From contig NW_027253510.1 in NCBI RefSeq assembly GCF_044704955.1, positions 62,001-126,000 of the forward strand: a stretch of DNA of 64,000 bases. The letters run 5' to 3'. The position numbers and the translations under genes are program-made. The notes beneath the pieces are model-generated. The model saw only the letters and a program-made list of their open reading frames with translations, was not told the origin of the DNA and did not search any database. Position 1 is the first letter of the stretch. Each line of letters opens with the position of its first letter. Source of the DNA: Pristiophorus japonicus (lineage: Eukaryota). Shown here piece after piece: positions 1-13,200 of this stretch.

Positions 1-310
1 AGTCCAGAACCAGGGGTCACAGTCTAAGGATAAGGGGTAAGCCATTTAGGACCGAGATGAGGAGAAACGTCTTCACCCAGAGAGTGGTGAACCTGTGGAA
101 TTGCCTTCCACAGAAAGTTGTTGAGGCCAATTTGCTGAATGTATTCAAAAAGGAGTTGGATGAAGTCCTTACTACTTGGGGGATCAAGGGGTATGGCGAG
201 AAAGCAGGAAGGGGGTACTGAAGTTGCATGTTCAGCCATGAACTCATTGAATGGCGGTACAGGCTAGAAGGGCCGAATGGCCTTGTCCTGCACCTATTTT
301 CTATGTTTTT
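1..310 (+). mobile_element. CR1 LINE 3' end
   Basis: SRTRGHSLRIRGKPFRTEMRRNVFTQRVVNLWN ORF2 C-terminus plus the typical 3' tail. Confidence 0.85.
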
Positions 311-619
311 TCTAGAACAGAGGGATAAAGACGGAGAAGATAGAATGAGAATAAACTAGCAAGAAATATAACCACATACTGTCAGAGTTTCTACAGTTAT
401 ATCAAAAGGAAACGATTAGCTAAAGTAAATGTTGGTCCCTTAGAGAATGAGACTGGGGAATTAATAATGGGAAACGGAAATGGCAGAGTCTTTGGACAAA
501 TATTTTGTATCGGACTTCACGGTAGAGGACACTAAAAACATCCCAATAATTGATAATCGAGCTATTGTGGGGTGGGGGTGGGGTTGGGTGGGGGGAGACT
601 TGTAATAATAACTATCACT

Positions 620-1262
620 CGACCATAAGCTTGGTGCCAGATTTGAGGGCCTGATCTTCGAACACTCTCTTCCGAAGGCTGCACTGGTGCACTGGAGGCG
701 GTGTTGAACCTCCTCGTCGATATCTGCTGTTGCTGATAATAAGCTCCCGACGTATGGAAAGTGGTCCATGTTCTCCAGGGCTGCGCTGTGGATCTTGATG
801 ACTGGGGGCCAGTGCTGTGTGGCGGGGTCAGGTTGGTGGAAGACCTTTGTCTTACGGATGTTTAGTGTAAGGCCAATGCTTTTGTACTCCTTGTTGATGA
901 TGTTGACGATGACTTGGAGTTCAGCCTCTGAATGTGCACAGCACAAGCGTCATCCACGTACTGTAGTTCGACGACAAAGGATGCGATACCCACCCTCCTG
1001 TATGGCTCATATACCGTACACACCTCACTTTGCTGGAGAAATACCACCAGCGATGCCTCCGCAAGATCCTCAAATCTCCTGGGAGTACAGACGCACCAAC
1101 ATCAGTATCCTCAATCAGCCCAACATCCCCAGCATTGAAGCACTGACCACACTCGACCAACTCCGTTGGCCAGGCCACATTGTCCGCATGCCCGACAAAA
1201 GACTCTCAAATAGAGCGCTCTACTCTGAACTCCTACATGGCAAGCGAGCCCCAGGTGGGCAG
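620..1262. mobile_element. RTE-clade LINE fragment with an internal inversion
   Basis: Minus strand 975-620 gives ELQYVDDAC...TKLMV; plus strand 980-1262 gives IPTLLYGS...QLRWPGHIVRMPDKRL. Same family as the element at 49505-52130. Confidence 0.8.
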
Positions 1263-1344
1263 AGCTTTCTCCTAGATCTTTCCTGGACACAGATGCATTT
1301 CTAAACAGCCAAACAAACCTGTTGACAAGCCATTGCTCTTTTAC

Positions 1345-2945
1345 ATAGAAACATAGAAATCTACAATGTAGAAGGAGGCCATTTCGACCTATCGTTCTCG
1401 TGCCGGCTGACAAGAGCTACATGGCCCTCGGTCAGCAGCCCTGAAGGTTCCAGATAAACCAATGAATATGGCGGAAAGGTAAAGAGCACCCAGCCCAACC
1501 AGTCCGCCCCCACACAATCGCAACACCCCTTGCACCAAAACATTCTACACACCACCCCAACCGGAGCCATGTGATCTCCTGGGAGAGGCAAAAACCAGAT
1601 AACTCAGGCCAATTGGGGGAAAAAAATCTGGGAAAATTCCTCTCCGACCCATCTAGGCAATCAAAACTAGTCCAGGAGATCACCCTGGCCATATTCGATT
1701 CCCTGCAGCACTTGCCACCGTATCTGTTATCTCTTGAATAAAAAGTCAGACTAGATGCTGCAAGTTCAAAGTAAGTGTGACCGTAATCCTTTATTACAGA
1801 TCTCGGAGTGCCTCTCCACCCTATGATGCCTCCTTATATACAGGTGCTCCCAAGGGATTGTGGTTATACAGTCCAGGCAACTCCTGTATCTCCTCTGAAC
1901 CCTCTTTAGTGCAATCACACCTTCCCTGTAATATGGTGACCTGAACTGCATGCAGTACTCCAGCTATGGCCTAACTAGTGTTTTATATAGTTCAAGCATA
2001 GCCTCCCTGCTCTTATATTCTATGCCTTGGCTAATAAAGGCAAGTATTCCATGTGCCTTCATAACCACCTTATCCACCTGCCCTGCTACCTTCAGTGATC
2101 TGTGGACATGCATTCCAAGGCCCCTCTTCCTCGACACCTCTATGTCCTACCATTTATTGTGTATTCCATTGCCTTGTTAGCCATCCTCATGCATTACCTC
2201 ACGCTTCTCCGGATTGAATTCCATTTGCCACTTTTCTGCCCACCTGACCAGTTAATTTATATCGTCCTGCAGTCTACAACTTTCTTCTTTATCAACCACA
2301 GTCAATTTTTGTATCATCTACAAACTTCTTAATCATACCCCCTACATTAAATTCCAAATCATTGACATATAGGCAAGGGACCTAGTACTGAGCCCTGCGC
2401 TGCTCCACTGGAAACAGCCTTCCCATCACAAAAACACCCATTGACCATTATTACACTTTGCTTCCTGCATCTGAGATTTTTTTGGATCCAATATTTCTTC
2501 CTTTTTCCTCAACCACAGATACCCCTCTACTATGGTTAACATGGCCCTCAGCTGTGTCCGGTCTATTTCCCTCATTTGTGCTCTCACCCCATCCCCACTC
2601 TCTCAGCCCAACCTGCTCAACCTTTCTTTATATGACAACTCCTTCATCTCAGGAATCAATCTCGTGAACCTTCTCTGAACTGCCTCCAATGCAAGTATAT
2701 CCTTCCTTAAATAAGGAGAGCAAAACTGTAAGCAGTACTCCAGGTGTGGTTTTACCAACGCCTTGTACAGTTGTAGCAGGACTTCCTTACTGTTATAGTC
2801 CATTCCCTTTGCAATAAGGGCCAACATTCCATTTGCCTTCCTAATTATTTGCTGTACCTGCATGGTAACCTTTTGTGTTTCATGTACAAGGACCCGCAGA
2901 TCCCTCTGTACCGCAGCATTTTGTAATCTCTCCCCATTTAAATAA
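1345..2945 (-). mobile_element. Cluster of CR1 fragments (3' UTR-type repeat, RT C-terminal pieces, small LTR-like piece near 1750-1865)
   Basis: KANGMLALIAKGMDYNSKEVLLQLYKALVKPHLEYC motif. The block at 1345-1725 recurs near 41320 and 43440. Confidence 0.75.
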
Positions 2946-3750
2946 TTTAATATCCTTCAGGACTGGGACAGCTCGGTCAGTAGTGGTGCTACCGAGCCAC
3001 TCTTGGTGATGGACATTGGAGTTCCCCACCCAGAGTACATTCTGTGCCCTTGCTGCTCTCAGTGCTTCTTCCAAATGGTGTTCAACATGGAGGAGTACTG
3101 ATCATCAGCTGAGGGAGGGCAGTCGGTGATAATCAGCAGGAGGTTTCCTTGCCCATGCTTGACCTGAAGCCATGAGACTTCACGAGGTCCTTAGTTAATG
3201 TTGACGACTCCCAGGGCCACTCCCTCCCAACTGTATACCACTGTGCCATCACTTCAGGTGGGTCTATCCTGCCGGTGGGACACAGGACATACCCAGAGAT
3301 GGTGATGGAGGAGTCTGGGACATTGGCTGGAAGATTTGATTCTGTAAGTAGGACTATGTGAGGTTGTTGCTTGACTAGTCTGTGGGACAGCTCTCCCAAT
3401 TTTGGCACAAGTTCCCAGATGTTAGTGAGAGGGACTTTGCTGGTTGACTGGGCTGGGTAATCCTTTGTCGCGTCTGAAGCTGGTGCTGAGGTAGATGCTG
3501 CCGGTTTTATTATTATTATTGTTTTCTGAAGTGGTTTGTTACAACTGAGTGGCTTGCTGAGCCTTTTTTAAGAGGCCAGTTAAGAGTCAACCACATTGCT
3601 GTGGGACTGGAGTCACATATAGGCCAGACATATATAAGGGCGGCAGATTTCCTTCCCTAAAGGACATTAGTGAACCACATGGGTTTTTACGACAATCATG
3701 GAGTTTCATGGTGACCATTCCTGACATTAGCTTTTTATTCCAGATTTTAT
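2945..3750 (-). mobile_element. CR1-group LINE, AP-endonuclease region
   Basis: KLGELSHRLVKQQPHIVLLTES and NVLWVGNSNVHHQEWLGSTTTD are degenerate APE motifs. Confidence 0.7.
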
Positions 3751-3759
3751 TTATTTATG

Positions 3760-4242
3760 TAATTACTGACCGAATGCGATCAAGCTTGACTCCTAAATAG
3801 GAGGGTTTTGGGCATGGTTTACTTCAGTGCCGCAAAATGAGACTTTCAAAGCTTGGTTTTCTTGATGGGTGTTGAGGTGGAATGTCGAGGTGTCAGTCTC
3901 TTGATTTGTCTGAAGTTGCCATCGGTGGAAGTAAGCCTCCATCCTCTGTAAATAACTGGTAAGGGTCACTTCGGTGATGGACAGCCTCTCCAGCACTTTA
4001 TAACTAGTACAGAGGAAGGAGATCGGGCAGTAGCTGGAGGATTCACAAGTGTTCTTCCCCTGCTTCAGGAGGGCAATTAATTTAGTCTCCCTCCAAACTG
4101 GTGGAATTTTACCGGTTGCCAGTACCTCAGAGAAGGAGGTCAACTATATCTTTGCTTTGGGTCCCAGTGCTTTTAAGAATTTGGGGTAAACACCATTTGG
4201 ACCAACAGCTTTTCCAGGTTTGATTGTTGACGGGGCTGTTTT
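3760..4242 (-). mobile_element. Ingi/Vingi-like LINE reverse transcriptase fragment
   Basis: IKPGKAVGPNGVYPKFLK, WRETKLIALLKQGK...SYCPISFLCTSYKVLERL, FHLNTHQENQALKV; internally deleted. Clade assignment is from recollection of the motif, not a search. Confidence 0.65.
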
Positions 4243-4271
4243 GTGCACTGACTTAAGACTGGATCAAAATT
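4173..4271 (-). CDS. Putative terminal cytoplasmic exon (completes YMNF; 3' part derived from a LINE)
   Basis: 146-nt intron, acceptor ctaccttttgtttcag|AAT; NFDPVLSQCTKQPRQQSNLEKLLVQMVFTPNS*. From about 4240 downward the sequence is LINE reverse transcriptase read in another frame. Confidence 0.48.
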   Translation of the reverse strand, partial: NFDPVLSQCTKQPRQQSNLEKLLVQMVFTPNS

Positions 4272-7200
4272 CTGAAACAAAAGGTAGATGCAATCCATTA
4301 ACATTTTATTCTGAAAGATTGTTTTGATTTGGCTTAACTCACTATATTGACATGAATTTCTATATTGGTATCAATCACTAACTTAGTTTGAATGACTATA
4401 TTTGATAATATAGTTACCATGTATATCGAGTTGGAATCCGCTTGAAGATCACTTGATTTCTGTAATTTAAAACAAATGGTTGGAATCAGATGGAGGATGC
4501 AGACTGTATCCATTAAATATGAGTCCATGTAGCTTGTCGTAGAAACATGGAAAATAGATTTAGGAGTAGGCCATTCGGCCCTTCGAGCCTGCACCACCAT
4601 TCAATATGATCATGGCTGATCATGCATTTCAGTACCCCATTCCTGCTTTCTCTCCATACCCCTTGATCCCTTTAGCCGAGAGGGCCACATCTAACTCCCT
4701 TTTGAATATATCTAACGAACTGGCCCCAACAACTTTCTGTGGCAGAGAATTCCACATGCCCACAACTCTCTGAGTGAAGAAGTTTCTCCTCATCTCGGTC
4801 CTAAATGGCTTACCCCTTATCTTTAGACTGTGTCCCCTGGTTCTGGACTTCCCTAACATCGAGAACATTCTTCTTGCATCTAACCTGTCCAATCCCGTCA
4901 GAATTTTATATGTTTCTAAGAGATCCCCTCTCATTCTTCTAAATTCCATTAATGAGATGTCTGTCTCATCGGAGAACTCTGCAATGGGTGGTGTGATCTA
5001 ATCTGATACACATGCTTCTGAAATGAAGAGAGTAACTCTCTCTGATATTTGCCGTGCTACTTCTCCACATGGCTACAGATTGGTACAGGCAGCTTTCTCC
5101 GAGGGCCATAGGTGGGATGGCAATATCTGCTCCATCACTCCTCTGAAGCCTGAGGTGGCTCACATGCACCTGATCCTTGGATCTGAACGTCACTGCGAAT
5201 ATAGCAGATGCTGTAGAGCTTGGTGCCCGATGCAGGGTGTAATAAGCCTGCAGCTGAGCCCCAGTCTGTCAGGTGAGTGAGAGAGGCTTTTAAAATGGAT
5301 CCTGCTTTTTCACCTACAAAACAAGTATATTCTGCTTGTTTCACTTAAAACAGCATGTGTTCTACCTGCTCAAAATAAACCCTGTCCAAGGGCAGTTGTG
5401 ATAGCTGCTGATGTTGCCCCCATAAAGACATGACATAGGATTACATTGAATATATGGCACAGAAACAGACCATTTGGCCCAACCAGTCCATGCCAGCGTT
5501 TATGCTCCACTCGAGCTTCCTCCCGTCTTTCCTCATCTAAATTTATCAATATTACCCTCTATTCCCTTCTCCCTCATATGCTTGTCTCGCCTCCCCTTAA
5601 ATGCATCGATACTATTCGTTTCAACCACTCCCTGTGGTAGCGAGTTCCACATTCTCACCATTCTCTCGGTAAAGAAGTTTCTTTTGAATTCCTTATTGGA
5701 TTTCTTGATGACTATCTTATATTAATGGCCTCTAGTTATGTTCTTACCCACAAGTGGAAACATTTTCTATCCACTCTATCAAAACCGTTCATAAATTTAA
5801 AGCCCTCTATGAAACTACCCCTCAGCCGAAGTTTTTCAAGAGAAAAGAGACCCAGCCTGTTCATTCTTTCTTGATAGGTATACACTTGCATTTCTGGTAT
5901 CATCCTTGTAAACCTTCTCTGCACCCCCTCCAGTGCTTCTTTATTTCCTTGTTATAATATGACGACCAGAACTGTATGCAATACCCTAAGGGCTGAAAAT
6001 TCCATTTTTGGACATAGCGGTATTTTGTTTTAATGACTCCACTACTGCTACAAGGACAGTCATTTTCCAACATTCCATCGACTCTGGATCAGTTCCTATG
6101 GAGTGGAGGGTAGCCAATGTCACCCCACTTTTTAAAAAAGGAGGGAGAGAGAAAACAGCGAATTATAGACCGGTCAGCCTGACATCGGTAGTGGGTAAAA
6201 TGATGGAATCCATTATTAAGGATGTCATAGCAGCACATTTGGAAAGAGGTGACATGATGGGTCCAAGTCAGCATGGATTTGTGAAAGGAAAATCATTCTT
6301 GACAAATCTTCTGGAATTTTTTGAGGATGTTTCCAGTAGAGTGGACAAGGGAGAACATAGAAACATAGAAAATAGGTGCAGGAGTAGGTCATTCAGCCCT
6401 TCTAGCCTGCCTACCTGTGTGAAAGTGATTCAGGCAGCTTCAGTCAGCTCAGCGGTGTGGCGTCGTTCCTGCGAATGGGAGGGAGGGAGGGTCAGTCGGG
6501 CAGTAAACAGGCAGCAAGCAGCCTTCCACTTGAGGTGGAAACCTTACAGTCAGCTCAGCGGTGTGGCGTCGTTCCCGCGAACGGGAGGCAGGGAGGAGGC
6601 AGCCGTTCCCGACGGCGGGCGGGAGGGAGGGAGTGAGGGCCCGACCGACCGACCGCAGCGGGGGCCGGAGGCAGCCGACGCCGGGCGGGGGGGGAAGGAG
6701 GCAGTGAGAAGGCTGCAGGAAGCCTTAGTGCTGATCATATAAGGGCGATGTGCTTTTATTAAAAAATGTTCAAAAATTAAACAGCTACAAAGAACTACAA
6801 AAATGGCCGAGTGCCAATGTTTCCTTCACACTGCGCGTGCGCGAACACTCCAATGCGCATGCGCAGGGTTGCCGGCGTGAAAAAAACTAATTTAAATGGT
6901 ACCCGCCCCCTCCCACTTCAAAAATCGGCGCGAGTGGTAGGCTCCGCCCCCCTGGGCACCGCAACAAGCTGCCATGGCGCTGCAGGGCGCTCCAGAATCG
7001 CGCGTTTTTCTTCAGGCGCCATTTTTGGTGCAAAAAACGGGCGCCCAGCTCGGAGGGGGCGCCCGTTTTGTAGCGTGTGGAAACTTGGGGCCCTTATTAC
7101 TAATCTCCTTATCCAATGTCATGTGCACCTGTTCCAGCTTCCTGGTAAATATTGAAGCAAAATAATGATTGAATATTTCTGCCATCTCTCTGTCATTACT

Positions 7201-10200
7201 GGTGGTATTATCTCATCCACCCCTTAATGGCTCTATTCCCATCCCAACCTTCCTTTTATTATTATATGTCAGATGCTGCCTGACCCGCTGAGATTTCCAG
7301 CATTTTCTGCTTTTATTCCAGATTCCAGCATCTGCAGTATTTTGCTTTTGTGTTTCCTTTTTTTGTTGATGTGCCTGTAAAATATTTTACTATGTTGTTT
7401 TATGTTCCTTGATCATTTAATTTCATAGTTCCTCTTTGCCTTTATTTGCCTTCTCACCTAATCTTTTCCTATTCTCCTTTATCATACACTCTCCTGCTGT
7501 CTATGTACTTAATGTACGCCTTTTTCTTTACCCTCAATTGTTACCTCATGGCTTTATTCATCCATGGAGTCCCATTAGTGTTTAGTTTGTTCTTTCCTTT
7601 TAGCGGAATATATTGTCCCTGCATTCTGTTGATCATTTTAAATGCTTCCCATTGTTTATCTACATCATTTTTTCCCCAATATTGTTGCCCATTTTATTCT
7701 CCCAAGTTCTATTCTCAGCCCTTCAAAATCAGCTTTTCTTCAGTCTATTACCCTGGTAGTCATCATACTTATGTCCTTCTCAATTATCATAAAGCGTATT
7801 ATATTATGGTCACTATTGCCTAGATGCTCCCTTACTTTTACTTCTCTTATCTGCTCTGGTTCATTACTAGATCCAATAGCGAATGCTCCCTTGTTGGGCT
7901 CTTTATATATTGGGTTAGAAAGGAGTCCTGTACACATTGTAGAAACTCCATTCCCTTATCCCCTTTACCTACCTCTTCTTAAACAGCGCCATTGCAGTCA
8001 ATGGAGAAATACGCAGAAAACCATACTGTTGAGTCAAGGTCAAGGTCCACTACCTTCAGCTGCACATGGCCACCTGGTTTTAATCTTTAATGCGGGCAGA
8101 AACGGACTTGCTAAAACTGTCCTGCTCTGTTTTAGCGACTGCCTTGAGCTTCCTGGCACTTTGATGAACAAAAGCTGTCAATGTTGCTGGTGACACGCCA
8201 TCCTAACTTAAGTAGACTCTTGTGATAAATTCATTGGTGTAGTGTGCCTGTCTACCTGGTCTGAGGGGCCAGAGGCTTAGTTTTCTCACCTGCAGTGAAT
8301 TTCTCTGCTGGGATCTGGATTTTATGCTTTAAGTCACACTAACTCCCAAGTGTAACTTGAATTGACTTAAACGTGGAAGTTTTCTGCCGGCTCCCATTTT
8401 ATACCCATCACTGCCAAACATGCCCACCAGAGGTGTGGACACACACTATGTCCACCCATATCTGGGGCCATCTTATAATATGCAAATGACTCAATTACAC
8501 CATCTGATCTATTTGTTTCTCACTTGCCCCATGGTGACACTAGGTGCCAGGGTTAACTACTTGCCCCGGTATGTGTAGGGTGGTGGAGAAGTCATTTCAA
8601 TTACAAAAGCCCATCATTTGATTGTATTCGATTCTGTGCCTTGTTTTTAAAATGTACCTTTGTACAACTTTTAACAGGCAGCACAGAGGCTATTGATTGT
8701 GCGATGCTGGGCAGGTCCATCAGGAACTTCCACAGCCAATCTCTGCTCCTCCTCTGGGAGCACACACCTGGAAACTGCAAATAATCCTGTGACTAAAAAA
8801 TGGGCGAGGGTCATGGGTGCCTTCTTGTCGTGGCACAGGTCCCGCTGTGCCGAAAACATGCCAACATTCCGCAAAAGTGGTGAATGGTTGTTTATCGGAC
8901 TGGAGGAAGGTCTACGGTGGTGTTCCCCAGGGGTTGGTATTAGGACCACTGCTTTTCTTGATATATACTTATGACTTGGACTTGGGTGTACAAGGTACAA
9001 TTTCACAATTTGCAGATGGCGTAAAACTAGGAAGTATAGTGAACTGCGAGGATGATAGAGATAGACTTCAAGAGGACATAGACAGGCTGGTGGAATGGGC
9101 GGACACGTGGCAAATGAAATTTAATGCAGAAAAGTGCAAAGTGATGCATTTTGGTAGGAAGAACGAGGAGAGGCGATATAAACTAAAGGGTACAATCCTA
9201 AAAGGAGTGTATGAACAAAGAGACCTGGAGGCATATGTGCACAAATTGTTGAAGGTGGTCGGGCAGGTTGACAAAGTGGTTAAAAGCATATGGCATCCTG
9301 GGCTTCATAAATAGAGGCATAGGGACTGAAATTGCCCCTTTAAGGCCCGTCACCACCGCAAATCGGTGGCCACGCTGCGGAGTGGAGTGGCCATTGACTT
9401 TTGGCAGCTAACCCAGTTGCCCTCCCAAGTTTTCCCGGTGGTGCCCCGATCCTGCCCTTACCGTTCCTCTGTTGCTGATCGGTGTTAAGCACATCATCAC
9501 CGTGCGCACCGCCGATCTAACCCCACGACGGCGACATTCTCTTTGGCGCACCCGGCGGTGCCAAAACAACCTTTTTGCAGTGGTCCAGTGAGGCTGTGGC
9601 CTTCTGCAGTGCCGGTGTGGCTTCCCTTAAAGGGGAGGACGCACTGCCGCCATGTTTTTTTTTGTTGGCCGACCGCCAGGTTGACCCGACAATTATGCCC
9701 CTGGGTTCGGCTGGGCCGCCAACTCCCTCTTGGGTGGCAGGCCGCTGGCCTCGCCGAAACCCTCAACCAAAGTTTAAAAATGCAGAGGATCTCCCCTTTA
9801 AGTGAAGGGGAGAGCTGTGGTGATGTGGCGCTGCGATAACACCATCGCGGCGGTGAATACGCACCGCCCCCAACTTGCGCCCCTCAGTTGTTGTCACCGC
9901 CTCCATTATGTCTTTGCCCCTCAGGTGTAGTCACTGACCCCATTATGTCTTTGCCCCTCAGGTGTAGTCACTGACCCCATTATGTCTTTGCCCCTCAGGT
10001 GCAGTCACTGCCCCCATTATGTCTTTGCCCCTCAGGTGTAGTCACCGACCCCATTATGTCTTTATCCCTCAGGTGTTGTCACTGACCGCATTATGTCTTT
10101 GCCCCTCAGGTGTAGTCACTGACCCCATTATGTCTTTGCCCCTCAGGTGTAGTCACTGACCCCATTATGTCTTTGCCCCTCAGGTGTAGTCACTGACCCC

Positions 10201-13200
10201 ATTATGTCTTTGCTCCTCAGGTGCAGTCACTGACCCCATTATGTCTTGACCCCATTATGTCTTTACCCCTCAGGTGTAGTCACTGACCCCATTATGTCTT
10301 TGCCCCTCAGGTGTAGTCACTGACCCCATTATGTCTTTGCCCCTCAGGTGTAGTCACTGACCCCATTATGTCTTTGCCCCTCAGGTGTAGTCACCGCCCC
10401 CATTATGTCTTTGCCCCTCAGTTGTTGTCACCGACCCCATTATGTCTTTGCCCCTCAGGTGTAGTCACTGACCCCATTATGTCTTTACCCCTCAGGTGTA
10501 GTCACCGCCCCCATTATGTCTTTATCCCTCAGGTGTAGTCACCGCCCCCATTATGGCCGACTTCTGGATGGAAACAAAAAAAAACTAAGAGCAGAATTTC
10601 CTGAACGAGTCGACCTCAACCGCAACTGCGGTAAAAAAACATCGAAACAGGCCAATTCTGGGCACCGCACTTTAGGAAGGATGTGAAGGCCTTAGAGAGG
10701 GTGCAGAAAAGATTTACCAGAAACATTCCAGGGATGAGAGACTTTAGTTACTTCGCTCGACTGGAGAAGCTGGGGTTGTTCTCCTTAGAGCAGAGAAGGT
10801 TGAGAGGACAGTTGATAGAGGTGTTCAAAATCATGGGGGTCCGGACAGAATAGATAGAGAGAAACTGTTCCCATTGGCGGGAGCGCTGAGAACCAGAGGA
10901 CACAGATTTAAGGTGATTGGCAAAAGAACCAAAGGCGATATGAGGGAAAACTTTTTTACGCAGCGAGTGGTTGGGATATGGAATGCGCTGCCTGAAAGGG
11001 GGGTGGAGGCAGATTCAATTGTGGCTTTCAAAAGGGAATTGGATAAGTACCTGAAGGAAAATAAATTGCAGGGCTACAGGGAACGGGTGGCTGTGTGGGA
11101 CGTGCTTAAGTGCTCTTCCAGAGAGCCAGCACAGGCTCAACAGGCCGAATGGCCTCCTTCTGCGCTTTAACCATTCTATGACTTTAATTGGAAAAACCCA
11201 GCGATTGAGTCTTCAACTAGCGTACTGTAGAAGGGCTTCATTGGGCCTCCTTTTAGGCTAAGGTGTTGATATTATGGTCCAAAGGGATATGGACATGAGA
11301 AACCTCAAGCCAGCAGAAGTGTTCTATGCAGGATGAAGAGGAAGGGCTCTACTCAGGTCAGGATCTGCAGAGCTTGTATATTGAGATGTGGGCCACGTTC
11401 CCAACAAATGGTTCTGTGTATTTGGACCACTACAGTGGTGGGAATTGGGAGTTCTCTGTATGAAGGGAGTCCTATGTTACCGGCCTGATAGTTACCTTCT
11501 TGGAGAGATGAGGTTTAATCTGTCTTTGGTTTGCATAGAGTTCAGAACCAGTCGGTGCCAATAAAGTCTTGTTGCTGGTTGGTGGTGCTAAATTCTTAAA
11601 GGGTAAAAAGCGCCTCAGTGATGATTGGTGCTGGTGACCTCTTGGTGCCGACTGATGCTGGTGAGTCCATTGTGTTGGTTGAAGTTGCTGATCCTTCAGT
11701 TCTCGGCAATGCTGGTGTTTCTCAAGCACTTGTTCAGTCTTGCTTTGTCCTGAAATGAAGCGTCTAGTTTGGTATTTTCTGGAGGTACATGCTTCTCTGT
11801 TGGCAGATCTCAACTCCTTGGGCTTCTGGGAAAACTGAAAAAAGAAAAGCAAGAAATCCAGATAGGTCACTTTAGGCAACAGCATATTTGGTACTTTAGT
11901 GTCTCTCAACAATCTAAGGTGTCTCTGTCTTGGCTCAGTTGGTAGCACTCTCATCTCTGAATCAGAAGGTTGTGTGTTCAACATAAGAACATAAGAATTA
12001 GGTACAGGAGTCGGCCATTTGGCCCCTCGAGCCTGCTCCGCCATTCAGTAAGATCATTGCTGATCTTGTACCTCGACTCCACTTTCCCGCACTATCCCCA
12101 TATCCCTCGATTGCCTTAATATCCAAAAATCTATCGATCTCTGTCTTGAACATACTCAACGACTGAGCCTCCACATTCAAGTCTAGAGAACGATCTCTGT
12201 GCTGGAACGGACAGGCCCAAAGCTCACCCAATATCGGGCTTCTCATTTACACCAAACCGACGAGCTGCAGACACCTGCTCGGATCTCCCCAGGCAGCACG
12301 GCGTTGAAGAGTATTTGAATTTGTGGTTACTGCATCAGGTATAGGTCTCGGGAGAAGGGGATGTGCCCGGGAGAGGGGGGGAAATCTAGACAGGTGCGGG
12401 GGCACTCCTGCACCTGTCGGCTCCACATTCATGTAAGTATTTATTTTAAACTTCCCTTTTGCTGGTGGCCTCCAGCGGCTCCATTGAGGGGTGCTGGTTA
12501 GGCTGCAGGAAGACCTGGTTTTCTTGAATGCAGCCGGCCTGGTGCCAGCTGTGTTCAGGCAAACCAATTTGGTAAAGGAAGCATCAACCAGGCACTCGGC
12601 CCCTGATTTGCAAATGCAAAGGACTAATGGCTGTTTCAGACGTGGGCCTTGGACGCCTCTTTTGATGCCTATACCAATATGGCGGGTGGTGCACACCCAA
12701 CATGCAATATACACGTGCTGCTTGACCACTGCACTGGACACTTAGGTGCCCGTTTTATGCCTGTAAAATGGACCCAACGTCATCGAATTTCTAGGCCATA
12801 TTACTTTAAATACTCCAGGAACATTAACAAAAGACTGGCACTGGGCCAACCAACTCGACTCACTTGTGTGCGTCCGGGAAGAGAGATGTTTTCATAATTG
12901 GGTGCTGGCAATGTAGTGGCAGTGTGGACAGACGGGGCTGTAAAGGAAATCACAGAATGTCACCAACACCGAGTGTAGATAGGAACACGCAAACATGGAG
13001 GTTGGGGAAAGGCCATTGGGTGGTCCCAAAGTTCTCACAAACCCAAACTGTACTGTGTCGTCCGTAGCCCATAACACTTCTTTCACCAAAATAATCGACC
13101 CAACTCTCTCTTTAATTCGCTGACACTCTCGCCCTTCAATGACTCAAACAATAGAAAAATACTGCGGATACTGGAAATCTGAAATAAAAACAGAAAACGC

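Noticed and set aside
8657-8774. Possible extra phase 0-0 cytoplasmic exon (FPGVCSQRRS…KSCTK)
   Set aside because: Weak acceptor and donor, repeat-like context and no motif support.
9878-10556. CRISPR-like 37-bp repeat
   Set aside because: Head-to-tail tandem copies without spacers.
11930-11982. tRNA gene
   Set aside because: Only an A-box/B-box-like SINE head truncated by a CR1 tail; no complete cloverleaf.
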